Of a stretch of DNA of 64,000 bases, positions 37,161-48,869 are shown one piece after another. Positions within the stretch are counted from its first letter, which is position 1. Every line of letters starts with the position of its first letter. This DNA comes from Narcine bancroftii (Eukaryota). The notes under the pieces are model-generated. The model worked only from the letters and a program-made list of their open reading frames with translations. It was not told the DNA's origin and ran no database searches. The DNA lies in assembly GCF_036971445.1 (NCBI RefSeq), contig NC_091473.1, positions 187,550,001 through 187,614,000 on the forward strand, read 5' to 3'. The translations under genes and the position numbers were made by a program.

Positions 37161-37845
37161 ACAAAATACATTATGGTAATAATATTATAGTAATAATTTA
37201 TGGTAATAATATATGGTAAATTATGGTAATTCTCCATGAATGGGCCCCACCTTTACATCTTTTAACGTTACATCTGATTTTTTTTGAACACGGGAAGGGC
37301 ATGAGCCCTCTGTCACCGTTGAGTAGGTGGAGCGCTGTCTTTCCATTCCATCAGGATTCTGCCCGACGAGCTGTCAATGAGGTAAGCGCTTAAATTTGCT
37401 TCTGAGGTGAAGTCAACGAGCGATTCGGCCTCTAGTTTGACCTTAAAAATGACTGATAAAAGTTTGAAAGGGATTATTTTCCAACGGCCAGAGCAGCGAA
37501 GCCTCGAAAATGTCACATCGGAACAGAAGCCCGACTTTGGAAATATGTGCCCTGTGCAGCACTTAAAGTCCCCTTTATTTGTCGTTCGAACCGTGCTCTA
37601 AAGATGGCATTTCTCCAGGAACGCGGAGCAGATTTGCCTAAACATTGAAATATTAAACTATTACGGTATTATACAGTAAACATCCATGCTAGATGATCCG
37701 CGTCTTCCCGTTCATGGTCATAAAAGCCTATTGGTCAGGTAACTTCTAGCCTTCAAACATGCATCACGATGGCAACGAGTCTCAACATTGGGTTCAGCCC
37801 CAAGGATTTTGGTAACAAATTAATATTAGAGGCTGAAGATTAGAC

Positions 37846-37906
37846 CCCTGGGAATTGTGGTGCATTTGACCGGGGCAGCAGGAACTACAACACCCAGCAT
37901 GCACTG
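37846..37906. promoter_or_regulatory. LYSMD1 promoter with divergent ZNF143 (SBS)-like motifs
   Basis: Minus strand ACCACAATTCCCAGG and plus strand ACTACAACACCCAGCATGCA, about 250 bp upstream of the LYSMD1 ATG and its CpG island. Confidence 0.7.
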
Positions 37907-38154
37907 CGGCGATCCCTTTGACGGCCTCCAAATTAATAAATGCGGCGGATACAGTCGTTTCATCCTGTTTTTCCCTGACTGCCTTTGTTGAGGAGGATTT
38001 TGTTCCAATCATCGCCTTTTGCGAAGGGCGCCTGGCGCGGAGGCCGCTGGGAGCTGCAGTCCTGTGAGGGCGGGTTGGCGCAGGTCATTGAACTCCCGGC
38101 CTGCCCCACGCCGGCGGTGGGGGGGCCCGTCGCCCCGGGACGCGGCTGCTGTTG

Positions 38155-38337
38155 ATGGCGAGCGGCGGCGGTTCCTCCTCGGCCTCGGAGCACGGGGCGC
38201 TGCGGGCTTCGGCCCAGAGCCGCTCCCGCTCGTACGGCAGCACGGCCCGGCTTCCCACTTCCCCCGGCCGACGCCAGGAGCACCGGCTGCGTCCCGGCGA
38301 CACCCTGGCGGGGCTGGCGCTGCACTATGGAGTCAAT
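38155..38337 (+). CDS. LYSMD1: LysM domain-containing protein 1 exon 1
   Basis: MASGGG...SRSRSYGST...EHRLRPGDTLAGLALHYGVN; start of the LysM domain; GTGAGT donor; head-to-head with SCNM1 as in human. Confidence 0.92.
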
Positions 38338-39458
38338 GTGAGTGGCGGGGGCGGCGCTGTGCTACGGAGTCGGTGTGAGTGGCGGGGGCGGGGGACGCGT
38401 GCCCTGAACCGGGGGCGTGCACTGAGGGTGCGAGGGGCGTACACTGAGGATGCGAGGGGGCGTGCACTGAGGGTGCGAGGGGGCGTGCACTGGGGCAAGT
38501 GGCGCACACAGGGGTGTGAGGGATACGCACCAGGGTGTGGCAGTGTGTGCATCGGTGTATGGGCACATGCACTGGGGTATGGGGATGCACTGGAGCAAGG
38601 GGGGCGTGCACTGGGGTGTGCTCTGGTAGCCAGGGGAAGGGGAGTAACTGGAGGGTCATGGGTGTGCTCCAAGGATTGAGGGGGATGGTCCACTGGGTCA
38701 GGGAGGGCGATCATGGGGTCAGGGAGGGGTTCACGGGGTCAGAGAGGGTGGTCACTGGGTCGGGGGAGGGGACACTGGATTGGTCAGATAATGGCCAAAC
38801 AGGCAAGGGTTGGAGTGAGTCCTTCCCTGTGTCCATGCCTCTCCTGGACAGATGCAGATGGAGGCCAAGGCGGAAGGGGAGGGGATTGACAATGGACTCA
38901 AATCTGTCCCCATGGGGTGGGGTTCACACACACGCATACACACCTAGAAACACACACAGTCACAGCCAGAGACAGACACACCCACACATAGTCACAGACA
39001 CTCTCACACACACAAAGTACATGCACATGCAGACAGACACACCCACGCAGACGGAAACACACACACTCCCACAGCCAGAGACAGACACACTCACTCACAC
39101 ATACTCGCAGGCACTCACACACAGTCACAGCCAGAGAGACACACCCACACAGACTCACACTCTCACACACACAAACACACACACACAATCACAGCTAGAC
39201 TCACACACAGACTGTCACACACTAACATACACAAATGCAGTGATGTTCTGAGTGTCATTCACCTTCTGACCTCGAGCAGAGCAGCTCCCATTCCCTGCTG
39301 TGATGCACCCAGTGAGACTGTTCTCCATAGTGCCCTGTTGCAGGTTGTTAAGGGACGGGTGGGGCAGAAGTGGGGGAGGGGAGGAATCGGCCCAGACCCT
39401 TCAGTTTATGAAGGGGGTGCCCCTCACTCCGCCACCATTTTCTTTCCCCCGCCTTCAG

Positions 39459-39718
39459 ACGGAGCAGATCAGGAGGGAGAATCGCTTGCACACCAATGAC
39501 TCCATCTTCCTGAAAGACGTGCTGTGGATTCCGGCGGTTGGGAAGGAGTATGTCAGCAGGATGGAGTCCAACACTGAGGGGGCTAGGAGTCTAGCAGGGG
39601 ATACGGAAACTGAGCCAGATCCCGAACTGTCTGCCACGGAGTTCCTCAGGAGGCTCGATGCCCGCATCACTCAATCGAAGGCGGCCGCGCTCCAGAAGCT
39701 GAGAGAAGAGGGTGACCG
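39459..39718 (+). CDS. LYSMD1: LYSMD1 exon 2
   Basis: TEQIRRENRLHTNDSIFLKDVLWIP...ELSATEFLRRLDARITQSKAAALQKLREEGD(R). The frame-preserving donor is GTGGGT at 39719. Confidence 0.9.
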
Positions 39719-39809
39719 GTGGGTAAGGAGGGCATGGGCGTGATCTTTCTCCCCCATCAAATCCACCCCCCAACTCAGGCGTGGGATCTTCCTGTGATCA
39801 GTGAAGGCA

Positions 39810-40318
39810 ATGCTCCCTCCACACTGTCCTGTCACACACTCCCGGGGTCAGACACAGGGTTAAGCTCCCTCCACACCATCCCATCACACACTCCCGGGGT
39901 CAGACACAGAGTGAAGCTCCCTCCACACCGTCCCGTCACACACTCCCGGGTTCAGACACAGAGTGAAGCTCCCTCCATTCTGTCCAACCACACACTCCCG
40001 GGGTCAGACACAGAGTGAAGCTCCCTCCACACCATCCCGTCATACACTCCCGGGGTCAGACACAGAGTGAAGCTCCCTCCGCGCCGTCCCATCACACACT
40101 CCCGGGGTCAGACACAGAGTGAAGCTCCCTCCACACCGTACCATCACACACTCCCGGGGTCAGACACAGAGTGAAGCTCCCTCCACACCGTACCATCACA
40201 CACTCCCGGGGTCAGACACAGAGTGAAGCTCCCTCCACACCATCCCGTCACACACTCCCGGGTCAGACACAAGTGAAGTTCCCTCTTCTCTATCCCATCA
40301 CACGGTCCTGGAGTCAGG
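39810..40318 (+). repeat. 52-bp dispersed minisatellite array in LYSMD1 intron 2
   Basis: GTGAAGCT recurs at 39911, 39963 and onward with period 52. Further arrays at about 43515-43745, 49730-49915 and 52520-52680. Confidence 0.92.
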
Positions 40319-40431
40319 AGTTATCAGGTCAAGGGCCCTGATGCTTTACCAGAGGAGGGGTAGAGGAGAGGGGTGGGGGCTTGAGACCCCGTGGTTCCAT
40401 CTGATCCTGATATCCTTTCCATTCTTAGCAG

Positions 40432-40555
40432 GTCAGATGGGAACTGCCCCTCCAGTGTTATACGGCAGCAGTCGCTCCTGGGACCAGCACGCCTCACAGA
40501 AACTGCCCGGGTCACCCGCCTGCGGGACGTGGAGGACCGCATCTTCGACCTTTGA
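40432..40555 (+). CDS. LYSMD1: LYSMD1 terminal exon
   Basis: SDGNCPSSVIRQQSLLGPARLTETARVTRLRDVEDRIFDL* (compare LGPVPLTRTSRTRTLRDQEDEIFKL*); NAGNAG acceptor TAGCAG at 40426-40431. Confidence 0.9.
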
Positions 40556-41616
40556 CCCTCCGGTCGGACGTTCTCCCACAGAGTTAACAGGCGGAGGCAC
40601 CAGTCCAGTGCCATTCACAGCAGGCAAGGAGCTGCCCACGGGTGGAACCAGCCAAGAAGAGCGAGCTGGGCTCGCTGAGGAGATTTGGGTCAGAGTGCCA
40701 GCTCATCGACTGTGTGGGTGGCGGTGTGAGTGGTTGTGTGTGTCAGTGAGTGGGTGTGTGTATGAGTGGGAGTATTTGGGTGTGTGTGTGTGTAAGTTTG
40801 GGTGTGTGTTCATGGGTATGTATGAGTGTGTCTGTGTGTGTATGTCTGTGGGTGTGAGTGATCGCCACATCAACACCAGATTCTACCCCCTTAACCTATC
40901 TCCGAGAGGGTTGGGAGGGGGGGGTAGAATTGATTTAAAACAGCTGGTAACCTGCAGACCCTGATGGTAGGGGGAGTGGCGGGGAACAGGATCCCTGTGT
41001 GAGAAAGATCCGTCAGGTCGACAGGGGTGAAGTGGATACACCTGGGTTGGGGAATTCGGTCCTCGGGAACAGCAATCCAGGGGGAATCCGTCGATTGCTG
41101 CTCCTTGAATGGGCTGTTGAAGGGATCCTCGATACCCTGCTCGATGTAGGTGCACACTGCAAAACCAGGGATACTGGGAAAGGTGTGTGTCTATTGCCAT
41201 CAACCCCAGACAGCTGACTCCATGGGAGAGAGTGATCCGCCTGGCGTTCCCCACCCCACCACCAGCAGTACCGCAGATGCCAGCACTGCTGCTCTCTCCC
41301 CTCCACGCCCGGCTCTGAGCCTCGAACTGCCCTGTGCAGGGATCTCAGCTCCACGGAGCCAGCAGGTTTGGCAATCCTTTGCCAGCATGCAACCCCCTGC
41401 CATTGACAATGGGGAAGAAATCTGTCTTCCCCCCCCCCCCCCCCCGATTACCCGAACGTTATGGAAAACCCAACCCACCCTCCAGAGACATTTTGCTGCT
41501 TCACCCCAGAGACTTTCTCCCTTTTCTTTACAAAAACCCACCCCCTTTTTATTTATGCAATGAGAAATCCCAGAGCTAAACAAGAAAGTCCTCAGAGGGT
41601 AGTTCCCAAACGCACC

Positions 41617-42641
41617 AGAGAAACTCAGCGGGTCACACGGTGTCCTGAGGGGGGTAAAGGGGAACCAACGATTTGGGCCTGAGCCCTTCGTCCGAGGTGA
41701 GCAGAATGCAAGCAGGTACCAAGATGAAATGGTGGAGGAGGGAGGGTGGGAGGGAGGAGAGAGGAAGGGGGAGTAAAGGAGGGGGAAGAGGCTGGGGAGG
41801 AGAACAGAAAAGGGGCAGGGGAGGAGATGAGTCGAGGCAGGGAAGGGGCAGGGAGAGAAGGGCAGGGTGGAAGGGGGAGGGGAGGAGGGAGGAAGGGGCA
41901 GAGGAGAAGAAAGGGGCAGGGCAGGAGAGGGAGGAAGGGGAGAAGAGGAGAGAGGAAAGGGGAGGGTAGGAGAAAAATGCTGAGGTGTTGGGGGGAGGTA
42001 GCTCTCCGAATGGAGAGGGAAAGGGATGGGAGCTGGAGGACAGGAAATAGAAGGATGGGGAAAGAGGGAGACACGGGATGGGGTTTAACAGAAACCAGAA
42101 AAGTCGATGTTAATGCCATATGGTTGGACGGTGCCCAGACAGAATATGTGTGGCTCCAATTTCCAGGTAAGCTCGGTTTGACAGTGCATGAGGCCAGGGA
42201 CAGACAAGTCGATGTGGGACTGGGGCAGGCAATTGGAACGGTTGGCCACTGGCAGATCGCCAGTATTACAGAGGGCAGAGCCGAGGTGGTCAAGGAAGCG
42301 ATCTCCCAGTCTGTGTCCAGTCTCTCCAATGTAGAGGAAGCCAGAACAGGAGCTGTTCCCTGTCTCCACCCCCTCTCCATTCTGAGAACTAGCCCTTTCC
42401 CCATCACCTCACCTCTTCAACCTTCCCACCCTTATCCACCTGTATCCTCTGACCTATCGTGCTCCTCTCCTGCCTCCCCTCCTCTCCTCCCCTGGCCCTT
42501 CCTACCTCCCCACCCTTCCTTTTTATTTCAGGTGCTTGTCTGTGTTTTTGCTAACACCCTGACTATGGGCACAGGCCATAAATGTGTGTTCGGCAACCTT
42601 TTACTTGCTATGGATATTGTGTGACCTGCTGCGTTTCTCTG
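41617..42641 (-). mobile_element. Penelope-like element remnant (GIY-YIG endonuclease fragment flanked by inverted pLTRs)
   Basis: CSGFLYIGETGHRLGDRFLDHL...DLPVAN at 42085-42369; inverted terminal repeats at about 41617-41730 and 42520-42641. Confidence 0.8.
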
Positions 42642-44394
42642 CCTCCTTTATCCTGTTGACTGAGAAATTACGGCCCTGTTTTCACAGATGTGATGGAGCG
42701 CTTTCCCTGAAGTAACAGAGAGAGGGTGGGAGAAACCCAGAGGAAGAGGGGAGAGAGAGAGAGAGAGAGATGGAGGTAGAACAAGAGAGGAAGAGCAAGC
42801 AATAGAGACAGGGAGGAGAGAGAGGATCCCAGCTCACTCCTGGACACCAAGCGCCCCTCCTCCCCTTCCACTCTGCCATGACCTCCCCCCCCACCCTCTT
42901 ATCTGCCTGGCAGGGATCGAGGCGCTCCACCTGCACTCAAATAGCCACCCTCGCAGGCTGGTGGGCGGCCAGATACCGGGAGGACCCAGTGGGTTGGGCA
43001 GCTTTGACGGAAAGGCGATAGACAGTCGATGTTTGGGACCTGCAGAAAAGCCTCTAATGTCCCACCGTCTCTCGCCTTCACTAGGGTCGCTGATTTCGGC
43101 CCGTCTTCATTCCATTGTCTGCAGACTCCCATCGGGTGACAAGTAACGTCATACAACATCAGTAACACTCCAAGTGAGAATTTACACCCCCATGATCACT
43201 CACAGGAAACAGTAATAGGGATGTCATTTTTATTTATTGGCTGAAGTGAACTGAGAAAATCCTAGGTGCACTGCACACCAGGCTTGTGGACACCTGAGGA
43301 TATCTGTGGAAAGCAAGATGTCGAATTAAAGACTCCCGACGGCACTCTCGAAACTTGTTTCTCCAACCGCTGCCTCAGAGGGACCACTGGATGCAGGATG
43401 CAGGCAATTATTGTACAAAATGGTTTATTATCAAATAAAATTATTTACACAGGTTTGATTCAAGTTAAATTTGCATTTTCCTTTTTGATGAGAGCAGTTT
43501 CCAGACAGAATGGAGGGGTCTGACACAGAGGGAAGCTCCCTCCACACCAGCCCAACACCCACTCCTGGGGTCAGACATAGAGTGAAGCTCCCTCTGCACC
43601 GTCCCGTCACACACTCCCAAGGTCAAACACAGAGGGAAGCTCACTCTGCACCGTCCCGTCACACACTCCCAAGGTCAAACACAGAGGGAAGCTCACTCTG
43701 CACAGTCCCATCACACACTCCCGGGGCCAGACACAGAGTGAAGGTCCCTCCAAAACATCCTGGCAATATCTTCGTTTTGTTAATCTTTGCACCCTCTTTT
43801 GAAGAAGACTCACACAGGTACCATTTAATAGTATCCCGTCCAGAACATTCCATGTGGGGTGGTACCGCCCAGCCCGAGACCACTAGAAAGTGTGGAGGGT
43901 TGTGATTGTGGCGCTGAACATTATATCCCTTTCCCACCATGCACCCACCCCGTCCACACCTCATCACATCCCCTCCCCTCCATCGACCCTGTCTACACCT
44001 CATCACACCTCCCCCCCCACCCCCCACCCCCTCACCTCTTCCTGTTCCCTTTAAGATGTGCGGATGCAATCAGCGTCCAAAGGGAATTAATGTGCACTCA
44101 AAAGGTTAGTTACCTAAAATAATATAGTAATTAATAATTATACTTATTGAAAAAATCTCTAAGTGAACTGTTTCTGTTAACTTGTAATCATACTTGGTTT
44201 AAAAATTGCCAGTACAATTTTATTAGCCGTGAGAGAGGCTGTGTCAAAATCATTTGGAAACATTTCCAAGTTTACATTTGCACAAGCATTCCGTGGGCAC
44301 AGACCTTTGTCACAGGAAAAGAACTTGCACATCATCAGATGCTTGCACACGCTGACTATATTTAAAAATTAAAGGGAACATTGCCCATCATCTT

Positions 44395-44765
44395 TCCCCC
44401 TCCCCCCCATTTGACCCCATCTACACCTCATCACACCCCGTCCCCTCCATTGACCCCATCTACACCTCATACCCCCTCCCCTCCATCAACCCTGTCCACA
44501 CCCCGTCCCCTCCATTGACCTCATCATACTCCCTCCCCTCCATCAACCCTGTCCACACCTCATTATCCCTTCCCTCCATTAACCCCATCCACACCTCATC
44601 ACAGCCCCTCCCCTACATTGACCCCATCCACACCTCATCACAGCCCCTCTCCATCGACCGCCTACACCTCCTCCCCTTCTTCGCCCATCTACACCTCATC
44701 ACACCCCGTCCCCTCCATTGACCCCATCTACACCTCATCACCCCCTCCCTCCATTGACCGTCTAC
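44395..44765. repeat. Degenerate tandem repeat of about 35 bp (CCCCTCCATTGACCCCATCTACACCTCATCACA)
   Basis: Visible directly; two more copies at about 43945-44010. Confidence 0.8.
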
Positions 44766-45353
44766 AACAGCTCCTCAGGAATGCTGCCGTCACCTTAATC
44801 AATCCATCCGACCTTGGTCGCACCCTCTCCCCCCCACCCCATTGGGTGGATGATTGTCAAGCTCGAAAGCCTCGCTCCGTTTCAACTGATCTCCCTCGGC
44901 AACCTGCTCCTCTGCCCTGCATCTTACCTGGCATGCTAGGAACGGGAATACCGGCATAGACTGCTTGCTGGCCCAACTTCTTCACCTGCGTCTCTTGGGG
45001 TGAGGGGAGAGAAGCAAGTTGACAGCCTTTCCCTTTGGAGTAATGAAAGCTGAAGCTGTTCTAATGAAGGTGCACAAGACTTTTGGAGGGGGTCGTCCAT
45101 TTCTGGGGAGGCTGCAAAGCCCAGAGGACATAATTTTGAAAGTTTATTTTTAAACAGAGTGGGGGCCGGAAATGCGCTGCTGGGAGGGATGGAAGGAGGC
45201 TGCAACAGGGGCATTTGACAGACTCCATAGGCCCATGGACGTAAAACAAATGGAGGGTAATGGGTGAGGGAGGGAAGGGTGACACGGTCAGGGCAACACT
45301 GTATACAGCACCAGCCAGCAGGGTTCAAATCCCATTTGGGGGGGGGGGTGGGG

Positions 45354-45649
45354 TGTGGTGCGCTGTTAGACAGAATCAGACACACACACACAAGGTCAAG
45401 ACTGTACAACAGTCTTTAATCCACAAAGATTTCCACAGAGCCAGGCTGGCTGTGGCTGCAGCAACTCTGAGTGTGGCCTCAGGAGGCCGGCACAGGCTTA
45501 TATCACGGAGGGTGATTGACACCTGACTGGGTGGGGCTTGATCCATTCAGGCTGACTGATTGACAGCCGGCCAGGTGTTGTCCTGTCCCCTCACACTCCT
45601 GCAGGTAAAGAGGTTGCCCCCTGCAGTAGGCCGGTGATGTACCACCACA
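45354..45649 (-). mobile_element. Gypsy-type solo LTR
   Basis: Termini TGTGGTG...CACCACA, 4-bp GGGG flanks on both sides; shares the terminus TGTGGTGGTA with the LTR at 7099. Confidence 0.75.
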
Positions 45650-47015
45650 GGGGGACTGCATGGGCCGAGAGGCAGAAAGGGGCTGGCTGTGCTGGGTGTT
45701 CCGTGAAATTGAAGGGGGGGTGGTGAGTTTCCCAGTTGGCTGTCCGAGAAACAATATGCTGGGTGGTGGGGGTGGGGGGAGTGGGATCCTGTGGTTCAAT
45801 CAGCATCTGGGGAGGAGGTGGGGAAGGGTCTTTCTGGGACCCCTCCATTGAGCAGGAGGGGAGACGGTGATGGGGGGGGGAGGCTGTTGATTGGCAAGTG
45901 CTGGACACCAAACGTCACCCTCTCCTTCCCTCCCACTGATGTACTAGTTTTCTTCTGAATCCCTCCACCCCCCCCCACTGCCACGTGAAGCTCAATGGCC
46001 CACCCCTCAACAAAATGGCTGCCAGCCTCTGCCGCCATTTTGGAGTTTTATATATTCACTGTACAGAGAGGAGTCAACAGGGGACTTCATTCAGACAGAT
46101 TTTCCAGCATTTTAACATGGGGGGCCACACCAAAAAAAAAATCACAGTCTTAGTAACTGCTCCTGTACTCAGCCGGGCAACCGTGGTGCCATCACCTCCC
46201 GTTGTCCCAGTAACCATTGTTGTCGCCTCTGTCCTGGCCTGGGATCACCATAACTGGGCAATTGGTGGGGTGGGGGGTGGAGGGTGTTTGCCTCAGGGTC
46301 TTGGGAAAGAGGAGGGGCTGGAAGAGGAGAGGAGGTGGTGTTGAGGAAAGGGGAGGTGAGGGGGAAGGGGGCACAGGAGGGGGAGGGGAAGGGGGCACAG
46401 GAGGGGGAGGGGAAGGGGGTACGAGAGGGAGGTGAGGGAGGAGGGGGCCCAGTATTTGACTGAAAGCCGGGTTTATTTGGAGAGTGGAAGCAGAGGGAGA
46501 GAGGAAGGGGCAGAGGTGGAGGAAAGGGAGCATGGATAGCGGAGGAGAGTTGGAGGTGGAGGAGAGAGGGGCAGTGGAGGAGTCAGAGGGTGGGGGTGGT
46601 GGGAGGAGAGGTGGAGACAGGGAGAGGTGGTGGAGGGAGGTAGGGAGAGGAGGGGTGGTAGCAGTGGGAGGGAGGGAGGGGTGGGGGAGCCTGAGAGGAG
46701 GCAGAGGGAGGAGAGCTTGAGGGAGGGTGAGCAGTGGTGGGGGAGGGCATGAGGAAGAGAAGCAGATGGAGGGGGTAGGGGAGGGGATGCTGAGGGGGAG
46801 GGGAGGGGGTCAGAGGGAGGCAGGGTGTGGAGGGGAGGACAGGAGGAGAATCGGGGCAGGGGAGGAGATGCTGAGGGGGAGGGTGGAGGGAGGCAGGGTG
46901 AGGAGGTGGAGGGAGGAGGAAGGGTGAGGAGAGGGAGGCAGGGGAGAAGATATTGAGGCAGAAGGAGGCAGGGTGAGGAGACACAGAGGAAGGGGAGAAC
47001 CAGGACACGGCATCT

Positions 47016-47576
47016 CTATAGTGTCCCCTCCTCCAGCAGTTTATTGAGTCCCTCACAGATCTTCTTCAGGTGGGGTCCATAGGGGTCCCCGGGGCTGTAG
47101 AGCTTCGTCAGGAGGTCAGGGTTGGCGAAGTGATTGAAGACGTGCCTGATGCGGCCATGGGACTTGGGCGTGAGGTGCTTTGCCACCAGTTTCAGCAGGA
47201 GGTCCCTGCACTCTGTCAGCAGGTCCACCATAATGCTGTACTCAAAGGTGAAGGCCACCTCATGGAAGCTGATCATGGTCATGGCGCCTCGCCGCAGCTT
47301 CCTCCGAAAGTCCTCAGCTAGGTCCAGCTCGTCCTGGCTGAACTGCTGGTGCCGGTAAAGCACTCCGATCTTCACCGCCACCTTCACCAGGTCCTTCAGC
47401 ACCTTCTGCGACTCGGCCTTGTTGCCTGTGAACTCCTTGGACACCCGGTGGAGCTCATCAAGTATCTCACCACTGGTGTCATCAATGAAGAGGTTCGCCA
47501 AGGTCTTCGACGCCATCCTGCTGAGGACCTTCTTCTGGGTGCGGAGAGCCAGGTCCTTGGAATTAAACTGGTCCAT
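47016..47576 (-). CDS. TNFAIP8L2: TNF-alpha-induced protein 8-like 2 (TIPE2), 186 aa, single coding exon
   Basis: MDQFNSKDLALRTQKKVLSRMA...LFIDDTSGEILDELHRVSKE...HLTPKSHGRIRHVFNHF...LKKICEGLNKLLEEGTL*. TNFAIP8 family; CAG acceptor 6 nt before the ATG. The L2 paralogue is assigned by synteny with LYSMD1/SCNM1/TMOD4. Confidence 0.92.
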   Translation of the reverse strand: MDQFNSKDLALRTQKKVLSRMASKTLANLFIDDTSGEILDELHRVSKEFTGNKAESQKVLKDLVKVAVKIGVLYRHQQFSQDELDLAEDFRRKLRRGAMTMISFHEVAFTFEYSIMVDLLTECRDLLLKLVAKHLTPKSHGRIRHVFNHFANPDLLTKLYSPGDPYGPHLKKICEGLNKLLEEGTL

Positions 47577-47599
47577 TCTGGCCTGGGATAGAAGGGGAG

Positions 47600-48305
47600 G
47601 AGGAGGGGGGAGAAAGTAAAACCTGGCATCACCTCTGTTGTGGGGGGAAGGAAAACCCGGCATTGGGTCCGGAGTTGGGGGAGGGATAAGGGGGAATAAA
47701 ATAAAACCCAGCATCAGGTCCGGAGTGGGAAGATGTGGGAGGGTGAGGGGGAATAAAGTAAAACCCGGCATTGGATATGGAGTGGGGTGATATGGGGGTT
47801 AAGAGGGTGATAAAAGTAAAACCCGGCATCGGGACCAGAGTGGGGAGATGTGGGGGTGAGGGCGAATAAAGTAAAACCTAGCATCAAGGTCAGGAGTGGG
47901 GAGATTTTGGGGTAGGGGACAGGAAGAAAAACCCAGCATCGGCTCTGGAGTAGGGAAATGTGGGGGTGGGGGGGAAGGAAGTAAAACCTGGCATAGGATC
48001 CGGAGTGAGGAGATGTGAGGGGGAATAAAATAAAACCCGGGATCGGGTCCGGAGATGTGGGGGGGGGGTGAGGGGGAATAAAGTAAAACCCGGCATCAAG
48101 GTCAGGAGTGGGGAGATGTGGGGGTGGGGGGAGAAGGGAGTAAAACCCGGCATTAGATCTGGAGTAGGGAGATGTGGGGGTGAGGGGGAGAAGGGAGTAA
48201 AACCCGGCATTAGATCTGGAGTAGGGAGATGTGGGGGTGAGGGGGGAAAACCGAGCATCGGCTCTGGAGTGGGGGTGGGAGGAGGAAGTAAAACCCGGCA
48301 TCAGC
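47600..48305. repeat. Degenerate 55-60-bp tandem repeat (AAAGTAAAACCCGGCATC...GGAGTGGGGAGATGTGGGGG)
   Basis: About 12 copies directly upstream of the TNFAIP8L2 coding-exon acceptor. Confidence 0.88.
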
Positions 48306-48869
48306 ATTATACTTGTATATCTGACAATAATATCCCATCCCACAATTCTTTGCCTCCTTATGAACCTGCATCCTTGGATTTATACCCACAAGGTCCCTCT
48401 GCCCTACAGAACCTCCCAGTGCATTCAGTCTATGGGAATATCCTGGTGAACTAGTCCTCTCAAAGTCCATCGGCTCAATTAAAACCCGCCTGCTGCTGGA
48501 GCAGCCTGTCCTTTTGCCGCCTGAACACCCTCCATCAAAAACCTCACCAGTTCCTGTGTCACGCTCCAACCTCTGGTCTCAAGAGTAGTTCCTTCACAAC
48601 AGCTATCAGGCTCTTGAATCACCCCCTTGCTCCACTGATCAGGGACTGCTCTGACCTCACAAAAAGACTGCTGGCACTATTGCAAAGTCACTTCTTTTTG
48701 CACAAGGATTACTGTGAAAATATATAATATCCATATATTTTACAATTCACTCCATTAAAGTTACTGTTATAGGTGGGTAATTTTTAGAAATACTTCCAGT
48801 AAACTTGTATACTGTATGCTGTGTATAACAATAAACTGATTATCATCTTCTTAATAATCTTCTCAACTG

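Noticed and set aside
39810-40318. CRISPR-like or RSS-like array (CACAGAGTG units)
   Set aside because: Units are contiguous with no unique spacers and no cas genes. There is no true CACAGTG heptamer with a 12/23-spaced nonamer and no V/J segments.
47577-47771. N-terminal extension of TNFAIP8L2 in the 251-aa ORF
   Set aside because: It lies in tandem-repeat sequence upstream of a good acceptor. Family homology starts at MDQFNSK.
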